Assembly: GCA_965247635.1 (NCBI GenBank)
Contig: CBDFHJ010000008.1
Span: forward strand, 394,734-458,733
DNA length: 64,000 bases
Source of the DNA: Dehalococcoidia bacterium
Lineage (GTDB): Bacteria > Chloroflexota > Dehalococcoidia > Lucifugimonadales > Australimonadaceae
Direction of reading: 5' to 3'
This document shows, piece after piece, positions 23,772 through 34,021 of this stretch (its first letter is position 1; each line of letters begins with the position of its first letter). A program made the position numbers and the translations under genes. The notes beneath the pieces were generated by a model, which had not been told where the DNA came from, searched no databases, and saw nothing but the letters and a program-made list of their open reading frames with translations.

Positions 23772-26111
23772 CTAGCCGTCAGCACCGAAGACGAAGATCC
23801 CCAGTGTATAGGTGCCGGTGCGGCCGGAGCCTTGGACCGCGATGTAGAGCGTCCCAGACGTGGTGGCGGTATACGTCTGGCTAGCCCCCGAGCTCGGTTG
23901 TGGCTGCGCCAAGCCCGTGGAGCCGGTAGGCAGACTGATATAAGCGCTCCCTAACGTGCCCAGCGTGGCCGCGATGACGTAGGTGGTGCCTGCCTGGGTC
24001 TGGAACGAGAAGTAGTCGCGGTCGCCCTGGTACTCGATGCCCCCGTCCGTGGAGGACGGCGCCTCCACCGCGGTGGCGCTGGAGTTGGCGTTGCCGTGGT
24101 CGTCTTCCGGTATGGACAGCGATAGCTCATAGGTCCCGGTGTAGTTGCTGATCCCCTGCACTTGGACGTAGAGGGTCCCCGACGACGTGGCGGTATAGGC
24201 GAGGGGCGCCTGCCCTTTCCCGATGGTAGCCGAAGCCAGCTGCTGGCCGGAAGCGTTATGCACGTAGAGGTAGGAGAACCCCAACGTGCCAGGGGTGGCC
24301 TCGATGAGGTAGGCGGTGCCGGACACGGCCGAAAATGAGAGGTAGTCCCGGTCGCCGACATACTCAACGCTCCCATCCGTGGACGACGGCACGCCTACCG
24401 CGGTGGCGCTGGAGATAGAGTTGCCGTGGTCGTCCTCTGGTTCGGAAAGCGACAGCACGTAGGAGCCAGTATTGTTGCTGTAACTCCCCATCTGGACGTA
24501 GAGGGTCCCCGAAACGGTGGCGGTATAGGCGATAGGCTGCTGTCCCAGATTCCCCGAAGCCAGCTGCTGACCGGAGGCGTTATGCAAGTAGAAGTAGGAG
24601 AACCCCAAAGTGCCAGCCGTAGCCGTGATGGCGTAGGTGGTGCCAGCCTCGGCCGAGAACGAAAAGTAGTCATCGTCACCTTGGTAGTCGATACTCCCGT
24701 CCGTGGACGACGGCACCGCCACCGCGGTGGCGCCGGAGATGGAGTTGCCGTAGTCGTCTTGCGGTACCGAGAGCGCCAGCGTATAGGAGCCGGTCTCGTT
24801 GCTGTAGCTCTCCATCTGGACGTAGAGGGTCCCCGACGACGTGGGGGTATAGACGATGGGCTCCTGGCCCAGATTCCCCGAAGCCAATGACTGGCCGGAT
24901 GAGTTATACAGGTAGAAGTAGGAGAACCCCAACGTACCGGGCGTACCCGTGATGGCGTAGGTGGTGCCGGCCTCAGCCGGGAACGAGAAGTAGTCCCGGT
25001 CGCCTTGGTACTCGATGCTCCCTTCCGTGGAGGACGGCGCCGCTATCGCGGTGGCGCTGGAGATGGCGTTGCCGTAGTCGTCCTCCGGTACGGAGATCGA
25101 CAGCGTGTAGGGGCCGGTCTCGCCGCCGTACACCTGCACCAGAACGTAGAGGGGCCCCGAGGACGTGGCGGTGTAGCCGATACTGCCCTGCCCTGAATTC
25201 AAGTGCTGGCTTTGGGAGTTGTAGAGGTTGACATAAAAGCCCCCCGACGTACCTCCTGTAGTATCTATTGAGTAGGGGGTGCCAGCCTCGGCCTGGAACG
25301 CGAAGTAGTCCAGGTCGCCTGTGTTGCCGATGACGCCGGCGATAGCGCAGGGCACCTCCGCCTGAGTGGCCTCGGAGATCGAGTCGCCGTGGTCGTCAGC
25401 GTCGGTTGTAAGGCTGGACGAGGGCGTGGGGTCCTCCTTTAGCAAGGTCGCCTGTCCTATGAGGATTTCGAGCTCCGCTATGGCTTCGCTGAACTTACTG
25501 CTTAGCTCGGGAGTACTCTCTTCGGCTTCGCTGAGTATGGCTATCCCCGCCTGATGGTGCGCGATCGCTTCATCAAGCTGGGAGGTCCACTCGCTCACCA
25601 GGTCATCTGTAACCACAACGCAAGAGAAGTAAGCATTCAAGGCCTCACTTGCGATGGCACGCTGGGAAGAAGTGCCCTCCACGAGCTCCTTGAGGGACCG
25701 TGCTTCTTGGGTTTTGGCCTCGTAGAGCTCCGCCGACTTTTCATACACCGAACGGGTGTCAGCGGGCACCTGTTTGCTCAGCACGAGTATCTTTGCCTTC
25801 AGCTCCTGAGCGTCCTCGATGAACTCTTCTAGGCGTCCCGTTGCTGTTGCTACCAGGCCGGGACCGCGAACCGGGTCCCAGTCTGCCTGCCTAGACCGTC
25901 CTACCGCGGCGAAGGCCAGCGCGAACTTGATATCCGCGGAACTGCGGAGGTCACGGATTTCCACATCGAGCTCGCGTATCCCCGCAACCGCGGCGTAGTC
26001 CGTTTCCAGGACAGCCAGGGTGGTCAGGCCCGCTTGTGCCGCAGCGTAGTCGTCTTGCAAGGCGGTCAGGTCAGCTTGTAGGGCAGCGTAGTCGTCTTGC
26101 AGGGCCGTCAC
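23772..26111 (-). pseudogene. 3' portion (779 codons) of a PPC-repeat lipoprotein gene interrupted by IS256
   Basis: N-terminal LQDDYAAxQAxLT repeats, a helical region, then 5 repeats of ~108 aa (DDHGNSISSATAV...GDRDYFSF...GTLYVQ...TGSYxLSLS). The repeats match the bacterial pre-peptidase C-terminal (PPC) domain pattern. The apparent GTG start is part of the IS target duplication. Confidence 0.85.
23775..25400 (-). repeat. Five tandem ~320-bp coding repeats (PPC domains)
   Basis: Recurring strings such as CCGCGGTGGCGCTGGAG and GAGAACCCCAA(C/A)GT(G/A)CC at ~320-330-bp spacing. Confidence 0.8.
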
Positions 26112-27479
26112 GAGGTTACGTCAATAGGTGTGTAAACGACATCAGGCGGCGACCTTCTCAGCCGTTGATTCAATGGCGATTCCATCCGCATACTGTGCAC
26201 CGAGATAGACGTCTTCGATCAACTCAGGGGCCTTCAGACGCCTGAAGCGCTGTTCGGCGACCATCAACATTTTCCAGATCACCGCTATCGCCCGATCGAC
26301 CCTCTTGTAGCGCTTGGCGGCATCGGTCCGAAGCCTGAGGGCCGCGAAGGGTGATTCTACCGGGTTCGTCGTGCGAAGGTGCCCCCAGTGCTCCTTTGGG
26401 AAGTCATAGAAGGTGACCATGCGGTCCCAGTCCCGCTCCAAGGCCTCTGAGGCCGCCTCGTAGGAATGGTCGCCGCACCACCTGGTGAACACCGTCCTGA
26501 GCCGCTCAGCCTCTGTCCGAGTCGGCGCGTAGGGGATAGTACGCAGCATGAGCTTGGCCTGGTCCTGTTGTCGCTTTGGAAGCTTGGCGAGCACGTTTAC
26601 GATCTTGTGGTTCCAGTAGCGTTGCTCTGCCGCCTGCGGATAGACGTTGCGCAGAGCTCCCCAGATGCCCAGGTGTCCGTCCCCAACCACCAGCCTCGGG
26701 CACTCCAGCCCGCGGCGCCTCATGTCCCTGAGCACATCGGACCAGTTCTCTGTGGACTCCCTGTATCCGGGAACAGCGCTCACCACCACCTTGCTCCCGT
26801 CGCTCAGGGCCGCCACCACCACCAGTACTGCCGCCTTCTCCTTCTCAAGACCAGCCTTGACGTAGACTCCATCCACCCACATGTAGACCACTTCCAGGTC
26901 ATCTAGGGGCCGGCTGCGCCATTGGGCAAGCTCATCGTTCCACTTGGACTTCAACCGGGCCACCGTGCTCGCCGATACCGGTGCGTCCTCTCCCAGCAGC
27001 CCCCGCAAAGCCAGATCGAAGTCGCCTTCGGATAGACCGTGCAGGTACAGCTCGGGGATCAACTCAGCAACCTTCCTGGTCCTGTTGACGAACAGCGGCA
27101 GCAGCCGGCTCTCGAACTGCTCCTCGGTATCGCGGACTCGCGGCCGCCTCAGCTGTATCGTTCCCGAACTCAGCGTAAGCCTCCGGGCTCTGCCGTATCC
27201 GTTCCGATAGCCGGTATCGTTGTCCGAGTCGGATCTGAGCGCCGACTTCGCCCTTCCCAGAAACGCCGTCACCTCCTCCTCCAGCAACTCCTGGATCAGC
27301 CTCTGGACCTGGCTTCGCACCCAATCCTCCAACTGCTCCCACTCCGGCCTTGACTCCGACCTACTCTCAGTGCTTTCCTTCCTCATGGGCGGTCTATCTC
27401 CTCTCTTGGGCCTCGAGCCCGTGTTGTTCAGAGAGAGGGTACACCGCCTGACTGTTTACACACTTTTTGAAGATACCTC
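26112..27479 (-). mobile_element. IS256-family insertion sequence, copy A (1368 bp)
   Basis: Boundaries set by comparison with copy B. IRs are GAGGTATCTTCAAAAAGTGTGTAAAC and rc GAGGTTACGTCAATAGGTGTGTAAAC. Confidence 0.9.
26142..27386 (-). CDS. IS256-family (Mutator-type) transposase
   Basis: 414 aa, typical IS256 transposase layout. Differs from copy B at RD/GG, P/S and Y/C (QRYWNHK versus QRCWNHK). Confidence 0.9.
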   Translation of the reverse strand: MRKESTESRSESRPEWEQLEDWVRSQVQRLIQELLEEEVTAFLGRAKSALRSDSDNDTGYRNGYGRARRLTLSSGTIQLRRPRVRDTEEQFESRLLPLFVNRTRKVAELIPELYLHGLSEGDFDLALRGLLGEDAPVSASTVARLKSKWNDELAQWRSRPLDDLEVVYMWVDGVYVKAGLEKEKAAVLVVVAALSDGSKVVVSAVPGYRESTENWSDVLRDMRRRGLECPRLVVGDGHLGIWGALRNVYPQAAEQRYWNHKIVNVLAKLPKRQQDQAKLMLRTIPYAPTRTEAERLRTVFTRWCGDHSYEAASEALERDWDRMVTFYDFPKEHWGHLRTTNPVESPFAALRLRTDAAKRYKRVDRAIAVIWKMLMVAEQRFRRLKAPELIEDVYLGAQYADGIAIESTAEKVAA

Positions 27480-27480
27480 T

Positions 27481-27563
27481 GTCATTCTGAGTCCCGATGC
27501 AATCGAGACGAAGAATCTCTCGGAAGGCAAGGGTGAGGGATTCTTCGCTGCGCTCAGAATGAC
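27481..27563. repeat. Family 1 palindromic repeat (GTCATTCTGAG...CTCAGAATGAC)
   Basis: Outer IR GTCATTCTGAG/CTCAGAATGAC and inner IR GAAGAATCTCTC/GAGGGATTCTTC. It abuts the end of IS256 copy A. Confidence 0.8.
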
Positions 27564-28059
27564 ACAGGCAGTTTTCTCCCATGCTTCGTTCGGGGTTGCC
27601 GCTAGCCTGACAGGCGCCTGGCCTGCTTTCCCACCCGCCCCGACCCAGCCGCATCTCCCTCGGTAGGGCCTACGCGTGTCGAACGGAAATAGGCTATCTT
27701 CAGGAGCGTGTTACTCCCGTTCATCCTGCGCGCATCGAAGGACGAACGAAGCTAAGAGAGCAGGTGCGGCGTGAACCCAGGCGACCGCAGGCGGGGTGGA
27801 CGGAGGCGACGGCAGCCCGTCGTTAGGCGGCCCATGCCGTGGCTGGTCCTGGGGCTTCTGCTACTCGTGGCGCTGGTAATAGGGCTGGCCCGGGTGCTGC
27901 CATCTGGCTGAAGAGGCCTTCCTCGTATGCGCTCCTGAGCTTTTCACTGCCCGTCATTGCCATGAAAACAGGCGTATCAGACAACTTCCTCCCCCCTTAG
28001 CGGGGAAGGGATTTTCGTGGAGCCCCATTTTCATCCTCTCCGGTGCCCTGTTCAGAGCA

Positions 28060-28200
28060 TGGAAGATTCTGAAGGAGTCCGCCTAAGGCGGATGGCTGAA
28101 GGGTCTCGTTTGGGGTAGGCCGTGAAGAGTCTAGGACCAGGGGCAGGAAACGAGATTCCGAGCGGAGCGAGGAATGACAGTGCGTCGCTCGGAATGACCG
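28060..28200. repeat. Family 1-related repeat modules
   Basis: GAGTCCGCCTAAGGCGGATGG... and GATTCCGAGCG...CGCTCGGAATGAC resemble the modules at 63092..63184 and 45095..45245. Confidence 0.55.
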
Positions 28201-28236
28201 CGGATGAGGCTTGCAAGAGAGCGTTACAGAGGACCC

Positions 28237-28461
28237 CTATAGCTCGCCGCGGAGCCGTTTCAGGTCGGTCTCCAGGGCCTCCATCCGTTCCTCTATGGGC
28301 CAGCGGCTGAACGCGACATACATCACTACCACCGCGCCGCCGATGGGGATGGGCATGAGCAAGGCCAGGTACGGAGACCAGCCGATGCGAGTGTAGATGC
28401 GCCACCAGCTCACGATGATCATAGCGGCGATAGCCAGGCCCAGCAGGATGATGACCGGCAT
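28237..28461 (-). CDS. Small two-helix membrane protein
   Basis: 74 aa. AAGGAG lies 6 nt upstream of the ATG. Two hydrophobic helices and a charged C-terminal helix. Located directly downstream of the peptidase gene. Confidence 0.55.
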   Translation of the reverse strand: MPVIILLGLAIAAMIIVSWWRIYTRIGWSPYLALLMPIPIGGAVVVMYVAFSRWPIEERMEALETDLKRLRGEL

Positions 28462-28494
28462 GTGTCACTCCTTGTGGTTGGTGCGTGTCTGGGG

Positions 28495-29859
28495 CTAGCG
28501 AGGGTGGCGGCGCCCCAGCTCCTCCAGTAGCTCCGCCGTGTGCAAGACCCCCAGCCGAAAGTAGTCGCGGCGGATATTCTCGTTGGGTGCGTGGATCCGG
28601 TTGCCCGGATAGTCGATGCCGCAGGAGGCCACCGGAACGCCCAGGATGTGCTGAGTGGGGTACTGGGGGCCGGTGCCCGCCATGTTGGGCTGCAGGTACG
28701 GCTCGCCGCCGTACACCGTACGCGCCGACTCGGCTACGGCGCCCACGAAGGGGTCGTTCAGCGGCGTGCGTGCGGGGTGCTCCGCGCTGAGCACGCTCAC
28801 CTTGACGTCGCTGAACCCGTGCTCGTTCAGGTGCGCTCGAAGGCTGGCGAGTACCTCCTGCGGGTCCTGGTTGGGCACCAGCCGGAAGTCCACCTTCACC
28901 TTGGCTGTGGCGGGCAAGATCGTCTTCACGCCCTGGCCCGTGTACCCAGCCACCATTCCCGCCACGTTGCAGGTGGGGTCCATGATGAGCCGGCGGCGAG
29001 ACTCGAACCCGGTGGCCTCGCCCAGGAACAGTTCCACGCCGAACACCTGCCGGTAACGGGCCGTTTCGTCCGGCAACGACCGAAGGGCTTCGAGTTCCTC
29101 CTCCAGGGCGGGGCGGACTCGCTCGTAAAACCCCCGAAGCAGGACCTGCTCTTTGGCGTCCTTCAGCGTCTGCAGGGCCCAGATGAGCCGCCACGCGGGG
29201 TTGGGCACTACCGGCGCGTAGGAGGAGTGAGCGTCCGTCGCCGCGGTCTCGCACCACAGTTCCACGTAGAGCATGCCCTTCACCCCCAGCGTCAGCAGGG
29301 GCCGGCCGTCCCAGTTCACGCCGCCGCCCTCCCAGATGCACGCGTCGGACTTGAGCAGGCCCTGGTGCTGGTCCACGAAGTCGTGGAAGCCGGGGCTGCC
29401 GATCTCCTCCGCCCCCTCCAGGCAGAACTTGACTCGCACGGGGAGTCGGCCCCTTGTGCTGAGGATGGCCTTGATGGCAGCCAGGCGGGCGATGAACGGG
29501 CCTTTGTCGTCCGAGATGCCCCGGCCGAAGAGGTAGTCGTTCCGCTCGGTGGGCTCGAAGGGTGGAGAGTCCCACAGGTCGAGCGGGTCGGGCGGCTGCA
29601 CGTCGTAGTGGTTGTAGAAGAGCAGCGTGTAGTCGGAGGCGCCCTCGAGCTCGCCGTAGACCACTGGATAGTCGGAGTCGGCGGTGGGCATGATCTCGGC
29701 CTTGAGTCCGACCTTGGTCAGCTCCTCGGCCACCATCTCCGAGCAATCGCGCACGCCCAGCCGCTGGGCACTGACGCTGGGCTGCGATGCCAGCCGCTTC
29801 AGGTCTGCTATCGTCGTCTCGAGGTTCTTATCGACGTGCTCTTGAGTTGCGTTGTCCAT
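28495..29859 (-). CDS. M20-family metallopeptidase (dipeptidase/ArgE-DapE-CPG2-like)
   Basis: 454 aa. FYNHYDVQP, GRGISDDKGP, CLEGAEEIGS. Confidence 0.85.
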   Translation of the reverse strand: MDNATQEHVDKNLETTIADLKRLASQPSVSAQRLGVRDCSEMVAEELTKVGLKAEIMPTADSDYPVVYGELEGASDYTLLFYNHYDVQPPDPLDLWDSPPFEPTERNDYLFGRGISDDKGPFIARLAAIKAILSTRGRLPVRVKFCLEGAEEIGSPGFHDFVDQHQGLLKSDACIWEGGGVNWDGRPLLTLGVKGMLYVELWCETAATDAHSSYAPVVPNPAWRLIWALQTLKDAKEQVLLRGFYERVRPALEEELEALRSLPDETARYRQVFGVELFLGEATGFESRRRLIMDPTCNVAGMVAGYTGQGVKTILPATAKVKVDFRLVPNQDPQEVLASLRAHLNEHGFSDVKVSVLSAEHPARTPLNDPFVGAVAESARTVYGGEPYLQPNMAGTGPQYPTQHILGVPVASCGIDYPGNRIHAPNENIRRDYFRLGVLHTAELLEELGRRHPR

Positions 29860-29945
29860 AAAGACGCCTCCTTACATGGGGCACCTGGGGCGTGGGCATC
29901 TGAGTTTGCCCAGCGGGCCCTCACTTTCCCTGCCGCCGTGCGTTG

Positions 29946-31367
29946 TTAACCGCCGGCGCCTCCGGTGCCCTCAACAATGCCAGGCTCCGTCATCCGCGCC
30001 GGGTCCAGCAGCATGTCCAGCTGCGCGTCCGTCAGCCCCGCTTTCTCCTTAGCCAACTCCCGGATGGTCTTGCCCGTGGCGGCGGCCTCCTTGGCGATGG
30101 CCGTCGCGGCGTCGTAGCCGATGGCCGGGGTCAGCCCCGTGGCGAGCATCAGGCCCTGCGTCACCATCTCGGGGCCGGTGGCGGTAGCCTTCAGCCCCCG
30201 CAGGCACTGGGCCTCGAAGTTGGCGGTGGCCGAGGCCAGCAAGGTAATGGCCTGGTGCAGGTTGTACCCAGCCACGGGCCAATAGGTGTTCAGCTCCAGG
30301 TAGCCCCCCTGGGCCGCCGCGCTTACCGACGCGTCGTTGCCGACCACCTGGCACACTACCTGCAGCAACGACTCGGCGATCACCGGGTTGATCTTGCCCG
30401 GCATGATGGAGGAGCCGGGCTGCACCGCGGGCAGCTCCAGCTCGCCCAGGCCGGCCCGCGGGCCCGACGAGAGCCAGCGGATGTCGTTGGCGATTTTCTG
30501 CAACGAGACGGCCGCGCTCCGTACCGCACCGCTGGCGGCGAGAAGAGTGTCCTGCGCGCCCTGGGCCTGGAAGTGGTAGGGCGTCTCTTTGACGGGCAGG
30601 CCCATCTCCTGACTGAGCAGGCCGCAGACCCGCCCGGCGAACTCGGGGTGCGCGTTCACGCCGGTACCAACGGCCGTGCCTCCAAGGGCTACTTCGCCGA
30701 GCGCCTCCACGTGGGCCTGGAGCCGTTCCCGGGCCTGCAATAGCTGGTCGGCGTAACCCTGGAACTCCTGGCCCAGCCGGATAGGCGTGGCGTCTTGGAG
30801 GTGGGTGCGGCCGGTCTTGATCACGCCCCACAGTGTCTTGGCCTGGGCTTGCAGCGTCTCTCGTGTCCGCTCCAGCGCCGGCAGAAGCAGCGATTGGAGC
30901 GCCTCGGCGGCGGCTAGGTGGGTAGCCGTGGGGATCACATCGTTGGACGACTGGCCCATGTTCACGTGGTCGTTGGGGTGGACCTTTTTTTCGGACCCCT
31001 GGCCTGAGAGCTCGCTTGCCCTTCGAGCGATAACCTCGTTGGCGTTTGTGTTGGTGGACGTCCCAGAGCCCGTCTGAAATAGGTCCACCGGGAATTGGCC
31101 GTCCAGCTTCCCCTCGGCGACCTCGCCCGCGGCTGCGACGATGGCCTCTCCGATGCCGGGGTCCAGTAGCCCCAGCGCAACGTTGGTCCTGGCCGCCGCC
31201 CGCTTGATGCGGCCGAGAATGTGGATAAAGTCGGGGGGATATCGAAGGTCGCTGATGGGAAAGCTGAGCACCGCGCGCTGGGTGGAGGCCCCGTAGTAGG
31301 CGTCGGCGGGCACCTGCATTTCCCCCATGGTATCGCGTTCGGTACGGGTGGCCTTGTGCTGCGTCAT
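29946..31367 (-). CDS. Class II fumarase / aspartate ammonia-lyase family enzyme (aspartase-like)
   Basis: Signature GSSIMPGKINPV and TGSGTSTNTNANEVI. Start set at MTQHKATRTERDTMGEMQVP (ATG 31367..31365). The ORF track extends to 31523. Confidence 0.85.
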   Translation of the reverse strand: MTQHKATRTERDTMGEMQVPADAYYGASTQRAVLSFPISDLRYPPDFIHILGRIKRAAARTNVALGLLDPGIGEAIVAAAGEVAEGKLDGQFPVDLFQTGSGTSTNTNANEVIARRASELSGQGSEKKVHPNDHVNMGQSSNDVIPTATHLAAAEALQSLLLPALERTRETLQAQAKTLWGVIKTGRTHLQDATPIRLGQEFQGYADQLLQARERLQAHVEALGEVALGGTAVGTGVNAHPEFAGRVCGLLSQEMGLPVKETPYHFQAQGAQDTLLAASGAVRSAAVSLQKIANDIRWLSSGPRAGLGELELPAVQPGSSIMPGKINPVIAESLLQVVCQVVGNDASVSAAAQGGYLELNTYWPVAGYNLHQAITLLASATANFEAQCLRGLKATATGPEMVTQGLMLATGLTPAIGYDAATAIAKEAAATGKTIRELAKEKAGLTDAQLDMLLDPARMTEPGIVEGTGGAGG

Positions 31368-31549
31368 CGGCGCCTCGCTGCGGGTGAGGTTGTCCGGCTG
31401 GAACCGTAATGTTACCCGTCGCTGGCTGGTTATGCCAGGGTAGCGGGCTGGCCTCCTTCGGGTAGCTTCGCGTGCCAGGCGATGAGAGTGCGCACGCCTA
31501 TCGGGTTCAGCCAGCGGCAGCACTATGGTAAGATGCCGCCTGCGTTTGT

Positions 31550-32572
31550 ATGCGGCGCGCTCCGGAGCGCCGAGGAGAAGTGGAGCGGCAAATGGACCGA
31601 ACGGCTTGGCGCCAACTGCTCATCGCCGTGGGAATCTCCGCGGTGGTCATCGTAGTGTTCCTGGTGGTCGCCTACTACGCGTACCGCGCCGACAGCGTCT
31701 TGGGCCACGGGCCGTTGTCCAGCAGCGCCTCGGGCGGCGGCGCCTACGCGATTAGCCTCTTGGTGGCGCTCCTGGCCATGCTGAGCGCCGGCATCGCCTA
31801 CGTCGGCATCACGCAGACACGCGAGTCTACGGGCCGCTTCTTCTGGGTACCCTACCTCCTCGTCGAGGGCGCCTTGCTCCTGCTCCTTCTGGTCCCACTG
31901 CGCCGGTTTGGCGTCGACCCGTGGGGAGGGTTGCCTACCTTCATGGTCAGCATACCGGCACAGCTCATGGCCGGAGTTACCCTTGGCTTCCTGTGGATCC
32001 CCACCCTGAGCGTGCGGCTCATCCCTCCGGCGTGGCGGGGCCAGGCGGCGACCGGCGCTGGCGGAGCAAGTGCCCCTCGGCCGTCGACGCGTGCCGCCAT
32101 TCGAGGCCTTCCAGGACGGTTCACTCCCAGCGCGTGGCGGGTGCTATCCCATATGCAGGAAGCGGCGAGGCGGTTCGAGCACGGGTTCATGGGGACGGAG
32201 CACCTGCTGCTGGGCATCCTGCAGGAGCGGCAGGCGCTAGCGGCCAGGACGATGGTTAACGTAGGGGTTGACCTGGACGAGGCTCGGTCGCAGGTGGAGG
32301 GGGTCATCGGACGCCGGGGGTCGCTGTACACGGGCTCTGGCGGTCTGACCCGCCGCTGCCGACGGGTGATCGAGCACTCGGCGCGGCTGGCCCGGGAGAC
32401 CGGCCGGCGCACCGTGGGAACAGGCCACCTGCTCCAGGGCCTCATGGCCGACCCGGAAGACGCCGCCGGGCAGATCCTGGAGAGCATGGGCGTGACCGGC
32501 CAACGGCTGGCGCAGGAGCTGCGGCACCTGGGCTACGAGACCGAGGAGACGGACCAGCCCGCCGACTCCTAA
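31550..32572 (+). CDS. Membrane protein with C-terminal double Clp_N (Clp R) repeat domain
   Basis: About 4 hydrophobic helices, then ...FMGTEHLLLGILQE... and ...TVGTGHLLQGLMADPEDAAGQIL..., which are two Clp N-terminal repeats. The start could also be ATG 31592. Confidence 0.7.
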   Translation: MRRAPERRGEVERQMDRTAWRQLLIAVGISAVVIVVFLVVAYYAYRADSVLGHGPLSSSASGGGAYAISLLVALLAMLSAGIAYVGITQTRESTGRFFWVPYLLVEGALLLLLLVPLRRFGVDPWGGLPTFMVSIPAQLMAGVTLGFLWIPTLSVRLIPPAWRGQAATGAGGASAPRPSTRAAIRGLPGRFTPSAWRVLSHMQEAARRFEHGFMGTEHLLLGILQERQALAARTMVNVGVDLDEARSQVEGVIGRRGSLYTGSGGLTRRCRRVIEHSARLARETGRRTVGTGHLLQGLMADPEDAAGQILESMGVTGQRLAQELRHLGYETEETDQPADS

Positions 32573-32719
32573 GCAGGACACCGCCCCGAGCTCGGTCTTT
32601 TCAGCCTCGCGATTACCTTTCTTCTCGGTACGAGCTGCACGCTTTCCGCATCCGCTTGGCTTCCCATTCTCAGCGGCTATCCTTTACGCTATACCCAGGC
32701 TGCGTAGCGGCAGCGCCGT

Positions 32720-32795
32720 GGGCCCGTAGCTCAGGGGTTAGAGCGGCCGGCTCATAACCGGTTGGTCCCAGGTTCAAATCCTGGCGGGCCCACCA
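32720..32795 (+). tRNA. tRNA-Met (anticodon CAT); a lysidine-modified tRNA-Ile2 cannot be excluded
   Basis: Cloverleaf read by eye: acceptor GGGCCCG/CGGGCCC, D-arm GCTC..GAGC, anticodon stem GCCGG/CCGGT with loop CTCATAA, T-arm CCAGG-TTCAAAT-CCTGG, and encoded CCA. Confidence 0.9.
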
Positions 32796-32807
32796 CTGCG
32801 AGCATTT

Positions 32808-33923
32808 GTGAAAGGGATGGGAGCAACACCTAGGGTATCCAGCGTAGTAAGGCGCAGCCTGTTTGTGTTAAGTGGCGCTGCTCTCTTCGCTTTAGTCGCC
32901 GCTTGCGGCAGCCCCGAACCGACTGCAACGCCGACACCAACGTCAACCCCCACGCCCACGGCTACAGCCACACCCCAGCAGACATCTACCCCAACGCCTA
33001 CCGCGTCACCGACTGCTTCCCCGACACCGACACTCACTCCAACACCTACACTCACGCCGACGCCGACCAACACACCGACGGTCACGCCTTCCCCGACTGC
33101 GGCCACTAGCCCTGCAATCCGGTGGGACACACCCACCGTTTCTTTGGAGGCTGACGGTCTTGAAATCGTCATCACACCGGGCGGCGTTGCCGGCAAGTCT
33201 TTCTTAGCCGAAATGGTGGAGATTGAGCTCAGCTCCGACCCCGGGGGCGCGGAGTACACGACGCTCGAAGTGACACGGCGGGAACACGGAGTTGAGATGA
33301 GGCGCACCATCTACTTTCAAGCCGATGAAAGCCGGTGGTGGTCCGACGAAATTCGGACATATAACGGCGAGGTCGATGGCGATTGGATTGAATACTTTGG
33401 CCGGTTTTTTGACCAACCCCTCGGCTCGACCTTTGAAGGAGATTTCGAGCTAGTCTACATCGCGGGGGGCGACTCGGCGTCTTTAATGCTGACCGCGTTG
33501 CGTCTCAAAGCGTTCACGCAGTACGAAGAGGGCGCTGAGCTCGAAGACGCACTTAGAGCTAAGCTATCGAGCATTGGCAACACGCTGGGGCGCTTAGCGC
33601 CGTACGGTAACCTGGATCTCAGCCTCGTTGGCAGTATCCTCTACGGGGACCTCTCCCCCCGGGCTCAGCAGTACTGCTCGATGCAGGCGCTCGTGCAGGC
33701 CCTTGAAGACTCGCCTCTGGGTACCATCTCTTCCTCCACGGAAGACTTTGACCGATTGAGGGCAGCCATCGAGGGTCTATCGTCCGTCCAAGTCGAGGTC
33801 ACGGACGGCCGTGGAAGCGTTGTGGACGACCTAGCGCCTGGGCTGGAACTCTTGGAGCAGCCTTTCCTACTCATTGAGAACCGCTGGCGGCTCGAACCCG
33901 AGCTCCCTGGATGCGGCCCATAA
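32808..33923 (+). CDS. Putative lipoprotein with a long Pro/Thr-rich linker
   Basis: Signal peptide ...[14 protein letters not shown], ~70-aa PT linker, then a globular domain with no recognised family. The start (GTG 32808 or ATG 32817) is uncertain. Confidence 0.6.
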   Translation: MKGMGATPRVSSVVRRSLFVLSGAALFALVAACGSPEPTATPTPTSTPTPTATATPQQTSTPTPTASPTASPTPTLTPTPTLTPTPTNTPTVTPSPTAATSPAIRWDTPTVSLEADGLEIVITPGGVAGKSFLAEMVEIELSSDPGGAEYTTLEVTRREHGVEMRRTIYFQADESRWWSDEIRTYNGEVDGDWIEYFGRFFDQPLGSTFEGDFELVYIAGGDSASLMLTALRLKAFTQYEEGAELEDALRAKLSSIGNTLGRLAPYGNLDLSLVGSILYGDLSPRAQQYCSMQALVQALEDSPLGTISSSTEDFDRLRAAIEGLSSVQVEVTDGRGSVVDDLAPGLELLEQPFLLIENRWRLEPELPGCGP

Positions 33924-34021
33924 AGCCAACGCCCGCAACTCCCGCCCCGGCCACAGCACCGTCGAGCTAGCGCGGAATGCCGATGCGGTAGCATGCCAAC
34001 CTGGTCGGATCAGGGGGCCAT

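Noticed and set aside
23775-25400. Regularly spaced ~320-bp DNA repeats, considered as a possible CRISPR array or satellite
   Set aside because: The period is far too long for CRISPR. The repeats are in frame and encode five PPC domains of one protein. No cas genes are in the window. The 134-bp duplication at 6335..6600 has only two units and no spacers.
27220-27666. 148-aa ORF, and its mirror 34646..35266, running out of the IS256 ends
   Set aside because: They are antisense to the 5' part of the IS256 transposase and cross the IS boundary into unrelated flanks. They are identical only because the IS is duplicated.
27834-27911. 25-codon hydrophobic mini-ORF (MPWLVLGLLLLVALVIGLARVLPSG) in the gap after IS256 copy A
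   Set aside because: It has no clear RBS or promoter, is too short to evaluate, and lies among repeat fragments. It is not reported as a feature.
32720-32795. tRNA-Met as the integration site of a genomic island
   Set aside because: There is no integrase nearby. I did not see a direct repeat of the tRNA 3' end elsewhere in the window, though I searched only by eye. The adjacent genes look chromosomal.
32774-33310. 178-aa minus-strand ORF overlapping the tRNA and the lipoprotein gene
   Set aside because: It is the antisense reading of the Pro/Thr linker (giving a Gly/Val-rich translation) and overlaps a well-supported tRNA.
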